Positions 1-9,974 of a DNA stretch of 64,000 bases are shown here, one piece after another; within the stretch, counting starts at the first letter, position 1, and each line of letters opens with the position of its first letter. Under the pieces are notes generated by a model. It searched no databases and was not told where the DNA came from. It saw nothing but the letters and a program-made list of their open reading frames with translations. Location of the stretch: the NCBI GenBank assembly GCA_963665815.1, contig OY762463.1, positions 800,001-864,000 on the forward strand, written 5' to 3'. The position numbers and the translations under genes were made by a program. This DNA comes from Candidatus Cloacimonadales bacterium (GTDB lineage: Bacteria; Cloacimonadota; Cloacimonadia; Cloacimonadales; JAIOQZ01).

Positions 1-1242
1 ACTTTTACTGCAATGAATTTCAATATTGCAAAAGAAATCTTGCAAAAAGAAAAACCTGATCTGATTATTACAGATCTTATGATGCCGGATGTCAGTGGAC
101 TGGATGTTATTCGTTATGTTAAAGAAAATCATACAAACACAGAAATCATAGTTCTTACCGGTTACCCAACAATTAACACTGCTGTTGATGCAGTAAAACT
201 CGGTGCAGATGATTATCTGACAAAACCTTTTACAGATGTCGAACTTCATCTTGCCGTGAAAAAGACACTTGAAAAAGCAGAAGCCAGAAAATCCTTGAGT
301 ATCGCAACAAAAAATGATTTCGAAACAAAATTTGGAATAATCGGTAAGTCAAAACTTATGCTCGAAGTATTTAAAACTATTGAAAAAGCTTCAGACATTA
401 AAAGTACTGTTCTTATTACCGGTGAAAGCGGTACAGGAAAAGAGTTGATTGCCAGGGCTATTCATTATGGAGGCAAGAGATCAGCTGAGCATTTTGTTCC
501 GATTAATTGTGGAGCAATTCCTGAAACGCTGCTTGAAAGCGAACTGTTTGGTTACAGAAAGGGTGCATTTACTAATGCAAATGTGGATAGAGACGGTTTT
601 TTCCAAAGTGCTGACAGAGGAACAATCTTTCTGGATGAGATATCAGAAACCAGTTCTCTGATGCAGATCAAACTTCTTCGTGTTATTCAGGAGAAAGAAG
701 TTTATAGAATTGGATCTAACTCAGCAGAGAAAGTCGATGTAAGAATCCTTGTTGCCTCTAACAAAGATCTATATGAACTCGTTGAACATAATAGATTCAG
801 GCAGGATTTGTTCTATAGACTCAATGTACTTACAATCAGCGTACCTCCTCTCAGAGATCGAGGTAATGATATTCTTCTACTGACCAATTACTTCAGCAGT
901 AAATTCTCCAATGAATTTGGGAAACCGGCTCCAGAATTCAGCGATGACGTTCTGGAAGTCTTCAAAAAATACATCTGGCCCGGAAATGTTAGAGAATTGG
1001 AAAACCTTATTCACAGATTGATAATTATGAATGAGGGAGAATGCATCTCTTTATCAGATCTGCCTGAGTTGATGAAAACAAGACAGGAAACCAGATACGA
1101 CATAAACAAACCATTGAAGGAAGTTGAAAAAGAACACATTATGAATGTTCTTGAATATGTTGATAACAATAAATCCAAAGCTGCAGATATTCTCAAAATC
1201 GACAGAAAGACACTGCACAACAAACTTAAGCAATATGAGTAA
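1..1242 (+). CDS. Sigma54-dependent response regulator (NtrC/AtoC family; REC-AAA+-HTH), 5'-truncated by the window edge
   Basis: Frame is open from base 1. REC motifs (DLIITDLMMPD, YLTKP), Walker A GESGTGKE, ESELFG..KGAFTNA, Walker B FLDEI, WPGNVREL, C-terminal Fis-type HTH. Confidence 0.95.
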   Translation, partial: TFTAMNFNIAKEILQKEKPDLIITDLMMPDVSGLDVIRYVKENHTNTEIIVLTGYPTINTAVDAVKLGADDYLTKPFTDVELHLAVKKTLEKAEARKSLSIATKNDFETKFGIIGKSKLMLEVFKTIEKASDIKSTVLITGESGTGKELIARAIHYGGKRSAEHFVPINCGAIPETLLESELFGYRKGAFTNANVDRDGFFQSADRGTIFLDEISETSSLMQIKLLRVIQEKEVYRIGSNSAEKVDVRILVASNKDLYELVEHNRFRQDLFYRLNVLTISVPPLRDRGNDILLLTNYFSSKFSNEFGKPAPEFSDDVLEVFKKYIWPGNVRELENLIHRLIIMNEGECISLSDLPELMKTRQETRYDINKPLKEVEKEHIMNVLEYVDNNKSKAADILKIDRKTLHNKLKQYE

Positions 1243-1274
1243 TTTTTCCCCAATGAGGTTGAATTACTCATATT
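1232..1274. promoter_or_regulatory. Candidate enhancer (UAS) for the sigma54 activator; 13-bp perfect inverted repeat
   Basis: AATATGAGTAATT (1232-1244) and AATTACTCATATT (1262-1274), about 130-170 bp upstream of the sigma54 promoter. Confidence 0.5.
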
Positions 1275-1401
1275 TTCACATAATCACTACTTCTACAATT
1301 TAACCATAAAATTTCAACTATTCTCATTTACTAGCCTATCTAACTGTATATAAATCTTTTATCCTGAATCTCAGTTATAATAAACTGTCATTATTCAGAA
1401 A

Positions 1402-1417
1402 TGGCAAACAGATTGCT
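1402..1417 (+). promoter_or_regulatory. Sigma54 (-24/-12) promoter of the gdh operon
   Basis: TGGCAAACAGATTGCT matches TGGCAC-N5-TTGCW with exact GG/GC spacing; lies ~30 nt before gdh and just downstream of an enhancer-binding protein gene. Confidence 0.8.
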
Positions 1418-1442
1418 TTAATCAGAGTAAAAATACCTGGAG

Positions 1443-2732
1443 ATGAATATGAGTTATTCGTTTAACGCTTATGCAATGGCTCAGGAACAGTTTGATTCAA
1501 TAGCAGATAAACTTAGTCTGGATCGTGCTGCCCGAGATTTACTTCGAAATCCAATGAGAGAATTTCATTTCAACATTCCGATTAAAATGGACGATGGGAC
1601 TTCACGAGTATTCAGAGGATTCAGAATTCAGCATAATGATGCTCTTGGACCAGCCAAAGGCGGAATAAGATTTCATCCTCAGGAAACCGCAGACACAGTG
1701 AGAGCTTTAGCAATGTGGATGACATGGAAAACATCTGTTGTAGATATTCCGCTTGGAGGCGGAAAAGGTGGAGTTGTGTGTGATCCGCATAATTTATCTT
1801 TCAGAGAACAGGAACAGATCTGCAGAGGTTATGTTAGACAACTTGGGCAAAATATTGGACCGTTGCGAGATGTTCCGGCTACAGATATCATGACAAACGG
1901 ACAGCATATGGTCTGGATGCTTGATGAATACGAAACGATGACCGGCAAAAAATATCCAGGAATGATTACAGGGAAACCTGTTGGCATGGGTGGGTCACTT
2001 GGAAGAACCGAAGCAACCGGATATGGTGTAATCTTTAATATTCGTGAAGCCCTGAAGCAGATGAATATCCGACCTGCTGAAACGACTGCATCTTTTCAGG
2101 GTTTTGGAAACGTAGCTCAACATGCAATCAAGCTGTATAATCAGATGGGTGGAACAGTTCTCTGTGTATCTTCATGGGATCAGGATGACCAGAAGTCTTA
2201 CGCATTTTACAAGAAAGATGGTATTATTCTTACAGAACTCCAGAAAATAACAGACCATTTTGGCGGAATTGATAAAAGCAGAGCTAAAGATGCAGGCTAC
2301 ACAGTTATGCCAGGAGATAAATGGGTTGAAATAGAGTGCGATATACTTATTCCTTCTGCTCTGGAAAACCAGATTACCGAAGTAAATGCCAAACTGATTA
2401 ACAACAAAGTAAAAATTATTGCAGAAGGTGCTAACGGACCAACAAACCCAAAAGCAGATAAAATTCTTCACGAAAGAGGAATTTTCCTCATTCCTGATTT
2501 TCTTTGTAATGCCGGAGGCGTAACATGCAGTTATTTTGAGCAGGTGCAGTGCAATATGAACTATTTCTGGAGTAAGGATGAAGTTCTGGGAAAACTGGAT
2601 TATAAACTTACTTCTGCATATCATAAAGTATCTACTCTGGCGAGAAACAAGAATCTTTATATGAGGGATGCAGCATATATGATCTCTATTGATCGTGTTG
2701 TAAGAACCGCAAGAGCAAGAGGATGGATTTAA
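1443..2732 (+). CDS. gdhA: Glutamate dehydrogenase (Glu/Leu/Phe/Val dehydrogenase family); start may be ATG 1449
   Basis: GPAKGGIRFHP, MTWK, GGGKGG, TGKP..GGSLGRTEATGYG, QGFGNV, EGANGP, PDFLCNAGGVTCSYFE. Confidence 0.93.
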   Translation: MNMSYSFNAYAMAQEQFDSIADKLSLDRAARDLLRNPMREFHFNIPIKMDDGTSRVFRGFRIQHNDALGPAKGGIRFHPQETADTVRALAMWMTWKTSVVDIPLGGGKGGVVCDPHNLSFREQEQICRGYVRQLGQNIGPLRDVPATDIMTNGQHMVWMLDEYETMTGKKYPGMITGKPVGMGGSLGRTEATGYGVIFNIREALKQMNIRPAETTASFQGFGNVAQHAIKLYNQMGGTVLCVSSWDQDDQKSYAFYKKDGIILTELQKITDHFGGIDKSRAKDAGYTVMPGDKWVEIECDILIPSALENQITEVNAKLINNKVKIIAEGANGPTNPKADKILHERGIFLIPDFLCNAGGVTCSYFEQVQCNMNYFWSKDEVLGKLDYKLTSAYHKVSTLARNKNLYMRDAAYMISIDRVVRTARARGWI

Positions 2733-4462
2733 TGTACGATTTGACTTCCGGTTTACTGGACACTTATACAGAATCAAAACCTGAAAAAATTAGATTTATA
2801 GGATCAGGTTTACCGGGAGGAAAAGCTTCCGGACTTATAAAATTGAACGACATACTTGATAAGCATCTCCCTGAAAGGGAAATTGATGGCATGAAAGTAG
2901 ATATTCCTGGAATGTTCGTAATATTGAGTGATGTATTCGATCAGTTCATGAGCAATAACAATCTTTATGAGATTGCTCTCTCAGATACTTCTGATGAGGA
3001 AATAGCACTTGCTTTTGTAAACGCTTCAATAGGACCATTATTCACAGGTGAATTGTATGAAGTAATTGATTCAATCAATGAACCTCTTGCAATTCGGTCT
3101 TCCAGTATTTGCGAAGACTCCATGAATGAGCCTTTTGCCGGAGTATATGAAACAAAAATGATAGCTAATAATCAATTTGAGAAATCAGTAAGATTCAAGT
3201 CTTTTGTTGATGCTGTGAAATTTGTTTATGCTTCTTTATTTTTCAGGCAATCAAAAGAATACTTTAAAGCAACAGGCTATGACATAAAACAGGAAAAAAT
3301 GGCTGTAATTGTTCAGGCTGTTACAGGAGATCACTATGGTGAATACTATCACCCGATGATTTCCGGAGTATTAAAGTCTTACAATTTCTATCCGTCTGAA
3401 GCAATCAAACCTGACTCCGGTTTCGCAGCTCTGGCATATGGTATGGGTAAAACTATCGTAGATGGAGGGACCTGTTGGAGCTATTGCCCGTCTTGTCCGC
3501 AAACTCCTCAGCCTTTCAATGGCATTAAAGATATGCTTAACAATACGCAAAAAAAATTCTGGTCGGTAAACCTTCAGGCTACAAATAATTATAATCCGGT
3601 ATCTCAAGACGAATATATGATAAAGAAATCAATATTTGATAAAGACATAAGAGGACAACTTCAACAAGTATGCTGCTCATATGATTATCGAAATGACATG
3701 CTTATTCCCGGTATTGCAGAAATGTGTTCACCAGTGATGGACTTTTCCCCTATCCTTAAGGATGAAACATTGCCTTTGAATAGCATTGTTCGAAAAATTA
3801 TGGATATCTGCGAAAATGAAACAAACGAAAAAGTCGAAATAGAATTTGCGGTTTCGCATAATAGACATACAGAGCACAAGCCTTTTTTCAGCTTGCTGCA
3901 GCTAAGACCAATTAATATTTCACACGACCTTATTGATGTTCCGGTTGAAATGTTCAAGTCAAGAGATACAATTCTTAGTTCCGATAAAGTAATGGGAAAC
4001 GGTTCATGTAATACAATTAAAGATATAATTTACATTAAACCGGAAGCATTTAACATCACTGAAACTGAGCAGATTGCTTCTGATGTTTCAGAACTGAACT
4101 ACAATTTCAGAAATGGAGGCAGGTATCTTCTTATTGGATTTGGTCGCTGGGGAACTTCAGATAAATGGTGCGGAATTCCAGTCAACTGGTCACAAATATC
4201 CAGAGCCAAAGCAATAGTTGAAACAGTATTACCTACAATGAAATCCGATTTCAGTCAAGGTGCTCACTTCTTCCATAATATGACTGCACACCATGTTTTC
4301 TATTTTTCAGTTAACAATGAACATGCTAAAAATCTCGATTGGACCTGGATACAGAATCAAAAAGTAGTAAATGAAACTCGATACGTTCGTCATGTAAGAC
4401 TTGAAGGAGAACTTACAATCCTCGTTGATGGCAGAACAAATAGAGGAGTTATACTTAAATGA
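2732..4462 (+). CDS. PEP/pyruvate-binding (PPDK_N-like, ATP-grasp) domain protein
   Basis: GGKASGL, PLAIRSSS..EDS...PFAGVYET, EKMAVIVQ, GMGKTIVDG, EIEFA, LLQLRP, GFGRWG, SQGAHFFHN. ATG 2732 overlaps the gdh stop (TAATG). Confidence 0.85.
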   Translation: MYDLTSGLLDTYTESKPEKIRFIGSGLPGGKASGLIKLNDILDKHLPEREIDGMKVDIPGMFVILSDVFDQFMSNNNLYEIALSDTSDEEIALAFVNASIGPLFTGELYEVIDSINEPLAIRSSSICEDSMNEPFAGVYETKMIANNQFEKSVRFKSFVDAVKFVYASLFFRQSKEYFKATGYDIKQEKMAVIVQAVTGDHYGEYYHPMISGVLKSYNFYPSEAIKPDSGFAALAYGMGKTIVDGGTCWSYCPSCPQTPQPFNGIKDMLNNTQKKFWSVNLQATNNYNPVSQDEYMIKKSIFDKDIRGQLQQVCCSYDYRNDMLIPGIAEMCSPVMDFSPILKDETLPLNSIVRKIMDICENETNEKVEIEFAVSHNRHTEHKPFFSLLQLRPINISHDLIDVPVEMFKSRDTILSSDKVMGNGSCNTIKDIIYIKPEAFNITETEQIASDVSELNYNFRNGGRYLLIGFGRWGTSDKWCGIPVNWSQISRAKAIVETVLPTMKSDFSQGAHFFHNMTAHHVFYFSVNNEHAKNLDWTWIQNQKVVNETRYVRHVRLEGELTILVDGRTNRGVILK

Positions 4463-7400
4463 GACATAATAATGACTCAAGGCACATCATATATGAATTA
4501 ACAGAAAGGCAGAAAGAGCTTAATTGTATTCATGATGTTGAGAACATTCTTACCAACTTTGATTTATCTTATGATGAAATCTTTAAATCTCTTCTTCAGA
4601 TACTTCCACTTGGCTGGCAGTTTCCTGAACAGTGTTTCTGTGAAATTGAATATCTGAATAATATATATAAGAATTCAAATAATGGAGTAAAAAAATACTC
4701 TCAGTCTTCCCCACTTCATAAAAACAACGTACATTATGGTGAAATTTGTATTTACTACAAAGATGTACCTGAACAACACAAAGATAAACCTTTTCTTCTC
4801 GAAGAATATTCTCTTCTTAACACTATTGCCAGCATGCTTGCTTCTTATCTTGCTGTAAGATCAATCAAATCAACAGAAAAACCGGAAAAAGCAGAAACTC
4901 CCAACAGAAGTGAATGGAAAATAGTTGTTAACATGCTGAAAAACACAGATGTCAGGTTATATATCAAGATAGCGAGAAAAGTACTGAATCTGATGTTTCA
5001 GACAGGTGTATCCGATCATGTAGATATTTTCTCAATTCTGGGGAAAAATCCTGAGTTAACCAACCCTGAAGTATTTCAGGATATAAATACTCCATCTAAG
5101 AAGAATGAATTTCAAGCGTCTATAGCCCAAAGTACAAAGTTGTTTGAACTGGCTGAAAAAAATCTGTCAGGTGAAGATCTGATGCTAAATGTAAACAGGT
5201 GGATTCAGGAGGATAAGCTTAGCTTCCTCATAGCTGCTTTAAAAAACAAACACACTCCACTATATGGGATTCAAGATGCTATAACTCGCTACGTTAATCT
5301 TGAAATGGATGAAAGTAAACTTTCTCCATATTCTCACATGAATGTAAAAGTTCTTCTCATTCAACGATTGTTTACGAGCCACCTGAAATTTGTAAACATT
5401 GCAAAAAACTATATTGAACTTACTGATTTCCATGATGTTCTGCAACATACAATATATCCAACAAATTCGCATGGAAAACTTGGTGGGAAAAGTACAGGTT
5501 TATATTTTGCTAACAATATTATAAAAAGGGAAACAGATCCGGAATTTCATAAAGGTGTTAAAACCCCTGAAACATGGTACATAGCTTCTGATGCTATGCT
5601 TAGTTTTCTTCATTTCAATAATCTGGAAGAAATGGTAGAGCAAAAGTACAAAGACATTGAGCAAGTAAGAGCTGAATACAGTAATATTATACAAATTTTT
5701 AAAAATTCAAGTTTCCCTCACGAGATTTCAAAGGGTCTGTCTCACATTTTGGACTCCTTAGGTAACAAACCTGTAATTGTCAGAAGTTCTTCACTCCTGG
5801 AGGACAGTTTCGGAGCTGCTTTCTCCGGTAAATACAAAAGCCTCTTCTTAGCAAACCAGGGAACAAAAGAAGAACGGCTTGCAGCTCTTAAGGACGCTAT
5901 TGCAGAAGTATACGCATCAATTGTCGGGCCAGACCCTATTGAGTATCGTAAGGAACATGGATTCATTGATTTTCAGGAAGAAATGGCAATCCTGATTCAG
6001 GAAGTTGTCGGAGTAAAAACAGGTAAATACTTCCTGCCGGCTTTTGCTGGAGTTGCATTTTCTAATAATGAGTTCCGCTGGTCTTCACGAATAGAAAGAA
6101 ATGATGGGCTTGTAAGACTTGTTCCGGGACTGGGAACAAGAGCTGTAGATCGTCTCAGCAGTGATTACTGCATTCTGGCATCCCCCGGAAAACCGGGAAT
6201 CAGAGTAAACGCCTCAACAGATGAATTCCTGAGATATTGCCCGAGATACATTGACTTGATTAATCTTGAAACCAATACTTTTGAAACTCTCCCTATTTCT
6301 GATGTAATTAGGGAATGCAAGGATGATTTCCCAATGTTTCAGAAACTGTTTTCCGTATACAGTGATGGAAATCTTCATGAGAAATCCGGATTTACAATTG
6401 ATTTTGATAAAGAACAGTTAATTGTCACAGGGAACAATCTCATCAACAACACAAATTTCCTGAAAAGAATGAATACAATACTACAGGTACTGAACACTAA
6501 AATGGGAACTCCGGTAGATATTGAGTTTGCTGTTGTTAACGATGATATTTACCTGCTTCAATGCAGACCGCAGACTTTCTCTGTTAATGATGAACCATTG
6601 CCAATACCAAAAGATATACCGAAAAAGGATGTCATTTTTTCTGCCAATAAGTATATTTCAAATGGTAGAGTTCCGGAAATCACTCATATTGTTTATGTTG
6701 ATCCTGAAAAATACTCAGACTTACGCAGAATAGATGATCTGAAAAACGTAGGACGTTGTATTGGAAAACTAAATCTCCTGTTGCCAAAGAAAAAATTCAT
6801 TCTGCTTGGTCCCGGAAGATGGGGATCAAAAGGGGACATTAAACTTGGAGTTAATGTCACATATTCCGATATTAATAAAACTGCAGTTCTGATTGAAATT
6901 GCAAAGGAAAAAGGTCGATACTTGCCAGATTTGTCATTCGGAACACATTTCTTTCAAGACCTTGTCGAAGCACAGATAAGATACATCCCGCTTTATCCTG
7001 ACAAGAAAGAAATCATATTCAACGATGCGTTTTTCAATTGTGCAGAGAATATTCTTGTAAAAATGCTGCCGGAGTACAAAGACATCTCTGATGTTGTTAA
7101 AGTTATAGATGTTCAAGCTGAAACCGGAGGTAACATTCTTAATATTGTGATGAACTCGGAACTTGAAGAAGCACTTGCTTTTATAAAGAAACCGGAGACT
7201 CATACAGACCACACATCATACTTATATAACAGCTCGGATATCATTGATGATAATCATTGGTACTGGCGTATGGAAATCGCTGAATATATAGCTTCGCAAC
7301 TGGAATCTGACTTTTTTGGTGTAAAAAACCTTTACATTTTTGGCTCTGTAAAAAATGCAAGTTCTGGACCATCAAGTGATATAGATTTGATTGTACACTT

Positions 7401-7614
7401 CGATGGAACTGATGAACAGAAAGAGAAATTGAGCATCTGGTTCAATGCCTGGAGTATGTGTCTTGATCATATAAACTACCTGAAAACCGGATACAGATGC
7501 GGCGGACTTCTCGATGTTCACTTTGTCACTGACGAAGACATAAAAAACAAATCCAGCTTTGCTGTAAAAATAAATGCAGTAACAGATGCTGCAAAAAAAC
7601 TGGAGATTAGATAA
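4459..7614 (+). CDS. PEP/pyruvate-binding domain protein with N-terminal GAF-like sensor and C-terminal Pol-beta-type nucleotidyltransferase domain
   Basis: N-terminal ERQKELNC...GWQFP...PFLLEE; central GGKSTGL, VRSSSLLEDS, FSGKY, GLGTRAVDR, DIEFA, GPGRWGS, SFGTHFFQD; C-terminal LYIFGSVKNASSGPSSDIDLIV. Confidence 0.85.
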   Translation: MRHNNDSRHIIYELTERQKELNCIHDVENILTNFDLSYDEIFKSLLQILPLGWQFPEQCFCEIEYLNNIYKNSNNGVKKYSQSSPLHKNNVHYGEICIYYKDVPEQHKDKPFLLEEYSLLNTIASMLASYLAVRSIKSTEKPEKAETPNRSEWKIVVNMLKNTDVRLYIKIARKVLNLMFQTGVSDHVDIFSILGKNPELTNPEVFQDINTPSKKNEFQASIAQSTKLFELAEKNLSGEDLMLNVNRWIQEDKLSFLIAALKNKHTPLYGIQDAITRYVNLEMDESKLSPYSHMNVKVLLIQRLFTSHLKFVNIAKNYIELTDFHDVLQHTIYPTNSHGKLGGKSTGLYFANNIIKRETDPEFHKGVKTPETWYIASDAMLSFLHFNNLEEMVEQKYKDIEQVRAEYSNIIQIFKNSSFPHEISKGLSHILDSLGNKPVIVRSSSLLEDSFGAAFSGKYKSLFLANQGTKEERLAALKDAIAEVYASIVGPDPIEYRKEHGFIDFQEEMAILIQEVVGVKTGKYFLPAFAGVAFSNNEFRWSSRIERNDGLVRLVPGLGTRAVDRLSSDYCILASPGKPGIRVNASTDEFLRYCPRYIDLINLETNTFETLPISDVIRECKDDFPMFQKLFSVYSDGNLHEKSGFTIDFDKEQLIVTGNNLINNTNFLKRMNTILQVLNTKMGTPVDIEFAVVNDDIYLLQCRPQTFSVNDEPLPIPKDIPKKDVIFSANKYISNGRVPEITHIVYVDPEKYSDLRRIDDLKNVGRCIGKLNLLLPKKKFILLGPGRWGSKGDIKLGVNVTYSDINKTAVLIEIAKEKGRYLPDLSFGTHFFQDLVEAQIRYIPLYPDKKEIIFNDAFFNCAENILVKMLPEYKDISDVVKVIDVQAETGGNILNIVMNSELEEALAFIKKPETHTDHTSYLYNSSDIIDDNHWYWRMEIAEYIASQLESDFFGVKNLYIFGSVKNASSGPSSDIDLIVHFDGTDEQKEKLSIWFNAWSMCLDHINYLKTGYRCGGLLDVHFVTDEDIKNKSSFAVKINAVTDAAKKLEIR

Positions 7615-8498
7615 TGATAAAAGCTTTGTTTACAAGTGATCTTCACTGTAAAAAACATAAATACGAATTTCTGTTTAGAAATATCAGAACAGAAAAACCG
7701 GATGTTGTTTTTATATCAGGAGATTTAACAAGCTTATCATGCAATCATGATCAACAGAAAATATTCAGTAACTTTTACAGCGATTATCTTGCAGAAAAAC
7801 TGTTTGCTTTAAAAAATGAACTTAAAGAAGAATATCCTGATATCTTTGTTATTCCCGGGAATGACGATGGAAAGGCTGCCATCGCTCCATTAAAAGAAAT
7901 GGAAGAAAGGCATCTGCTTACTAATGTTAACGAACGATTCTTAAACTTTGGCAAATTCACAGTTTTTGGATATTCCTATGTACCGCCAACTCCGTTCATG
8001 AATAAAGACTGGGAAAAGTATGATGTTTCGGCATTTGTGGATGTCGGATGTGTATCACCTGAAGAAGGATACAGATCAGAAGAAGTCAGCTTTCATGATT
8101 TACGTTATTATACAATAAAGAAGGATCTGGAAATACTTTTTGAGGAAAGAAATCCGGAATCCCTGATCTGTATGTTTCATTCTCCACCTTATCAAACTAA
8201 TCTTGATAGAGCAGCTCTCGATGGTAAACTTTTTAATGGTGTTCCATTAGATGTACATGTGGGAAGCATTGCTATAAAAGATTTTATTATTAATAAAAAA
8301 CCTCTGTTATCTCTGCATGGACATGTCCATGAGTCCACCACAATAACCGGATCATGGAAAGAGCGTTTGAATTCAACTGTCTGCCTGCAGGGAGCATCAT
8401 TAATGAATGAATCAGTTGTAATAAAATTAGATCTGGAAAATCCGGAATCTGCAGAGATACTAAAGAATCCAAAGACGAATGATTCCGGATATAAGTGA
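7614..8498 (+). CDS. Calcineurin-like metallophosphoesterase (Icc-related)
   Basis: SDLH, SGDL, PGNDD, HSPP, HGHVHE motifs; start overlaps the upstream stop. Confidence 0.9.
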   Translation: MIKALFTSDLHCKKHKYEFLFRNIRTEKPDVVFISGDLTSLSCNHDQQKIFSNFYSDYLAEKLFALKNELKEEYPDIFVIPGNDDGKAAIAPLKEMEERHLLTNVNERFLNFGKFTVFGYSYVPPTPFMNKDWEKYDVSAFVDVGCVSPEEGYRSEEVSFHDLRYYTIKKDLEILFEERNPESLICMFHSPPYQTNLDRAALDGKLFNGVPLDVHVGSIAIKDFIINKKPLLSLHGHVHESTTITGSWKERLNSTVCLQGASLMNESVVIKLDLENPESAEILKNPKTNDSGYK

Positions 8499-8539
8499 AA
8501 GTATTATTAAAATACTATAAATAACTCCAATTGAAAGAA

Positions 8540-8600
8540 GCCTGTTTACGAGTTAACACTAACCCACCAAGCCTTGTGTTACAGTAAGCAGGCGTTTTTT
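8540..8600 (+). terminator. Probable intrinsic terminator of the gdh operon
   Basis: GCCTGTTTAC...GTAAGCAGGC stem (inner TAACAC/GTGTTA) followed by a T-run. Confidence 0.6.
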
Positions 8601-8700
8601 ATTATTGAAATTCATCTCTACAATAAATCATCTTCGTAATACTTGACTTATTTTGTGACATGTACTTTGTTAGAAGTCAAGATAATTTTATGGAGATTAT

Positions 8701-8985
8701 ATGATTTCTGTTTGTGGAGTTATATGCAAAACTGATTGCGGCTCATTTGAAAATCCATGTAAAGGCTGTAATGAACTCAAAGGGGAAGTATCCTGGGTTG
8801 AATTTATTGGCAAAAAAGTATGTCCAATTTATCAATGTGTTATTGATAAAAAAATTACCACATGCGCTTCATGTGAAGAAAGACCATGTGATATCTGGTT
8901 AGTCGAAACTAGGAATCCTTCCGTATCAGATGAAGAATTTATGCAAGATATACAGAGTAGACTTAAGAATTTAAAAAAGCTCTGA
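8701..8985 (+). CDS. Small Cys-rich metal-binding protein (DUF3795-like)
   Basis: CG..C...C, CKGC, CPIYQC, CASC...PC pattern; GGAG RBS. Confidence 0.75.
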   Translation: MISVCGVICKTDCGSFENPCKGCNELKGEVSWVEFIGKKVCPIYQCVIDKKITTCASCEERPCDIWLVETRNPSVSDEEFMQDIQSRLKNLKKL

Positions 8986-9132
8986 TCCAAACATATTGAC
9001 ATACAAATATCATAGTATGGATTACAATTATTTTTGCAGATGCACATTGCAAAATCTCAAACATAGTGCAACAAAGTTAAATTTTCGATGTTAACCCCCA
9101 AACATCACTTATGTTCAGGAGAAATCTCTGAC

Positions 9133-9160
9133 AAAAAAAGGCTTCCATGTAAAGGAAGCC
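9133..9160 (-). terminator. Intrinsic terminator of the 9181-9930 gene
   Basis: GGCTTCC/GGAAGCC stem with A7 on the + side (U-tract on the - strand). Confidence 0.75.
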
Positions 9161-9180
9161 CCTGAAGTGTTAATCCGATT

Positions 9181-9930
9181 CTAATTCGCCGGTTTGAGGT
9201 TATACATATCAAGAATTTCTTTTATCTTGCCTGAATCGGTTAACTCTTTCAGTTTATTGTTAAATTTGTCGAAAGTTGCTTTATCAATATTGTCTTTCAG
9301 GAATCCAATAAAATAGTTTAGTTTTTTTGAATGACCGGCATATCTTACATTTTTCAATTTAAGCTTGCGTACAAGCTGATTTCCGACATCCACGTTTGAA
9401 AAAACAGCTTGAGTATCTTTGAGGGAAAGATTCTGGAAAGCAGCTTCATCAAGTGGATACACTTCAATATTAATAGATTTTTCCTGCTCAGCTATCTTCC
9501 TGAGACTTTTTTCGGTATTTGAAGGACCATAAACACCAATTTTATAATCAAGAAGCTGACGCGGATTCTTATATTCAAGGTCATCTGATGTCTTCACAAA
9601 GAAACCATACTCAGTTTCGTTAATCGGATGACTGAAATATAACCATGATTCTCTGCTTTTGTTTTTCCCCATAACAAACAGTGCATGGGCTTCACCTTTT
9701 TTTGCTCTCTCTTGTGCATCTCCCCATTCAAAAAGTCCGATTTCTGCTTCAACTCCAATTTCCTTGCATACAAGTTTTATTATATCTACATATGGACCGC
9801 TAATCTGTCCGTTGAATGTAAAACTGAATGGAGGAAAGTCCTGGGTGTAAAATACAATCTTATCGACTGCAATTGCATAGGTTGCTGCAAGTATTAAAAT
9901 TAAAAGTACTGCTATTCTTTTTTTTAACAT
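9181..9930 (-). CDS. Periplasmic substrate-binding protein (SBP family 3-like), stand-alone
   Basis: Signal peptide, FPPFSF, G..VDII..V, RESWLYFSHP, FNNKLKEL..SG...EIL. Confidence 0.85.
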   Translation of the reverse strand: MLKKRIAVLLILILAATYAIAVDKIVFYTQDFPPFSFTFNGQISGPYVDIIKLVCKEIGVEAEIGLFEWGDAQERAKKGEAHALFVMGKNKSRESWLYFSHPINETEYGFFVKTSDDLEYKNPRQLLDYKIGVYGPSNTEKSLRKIAEQEKSINIEVYPLDEAAFQNLSLKDTQAVFSNVDVGNQLVRKLKLKNVRYAGHSKKLNYFIGFLKDNIDKATFDKFNNKLKELTDSGKIKEILDMYNLKPAN

Positions 9931-9974
9931 TCTTAACCTCTCTCATCTTGATTTATAAATACAAACAAATGTAA

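Noticed and set aside
2172-2777. 201-aa minus-strand ORF
   Set aside because: Antisense to the well-supported gdh gene, with no recognisable motifs.
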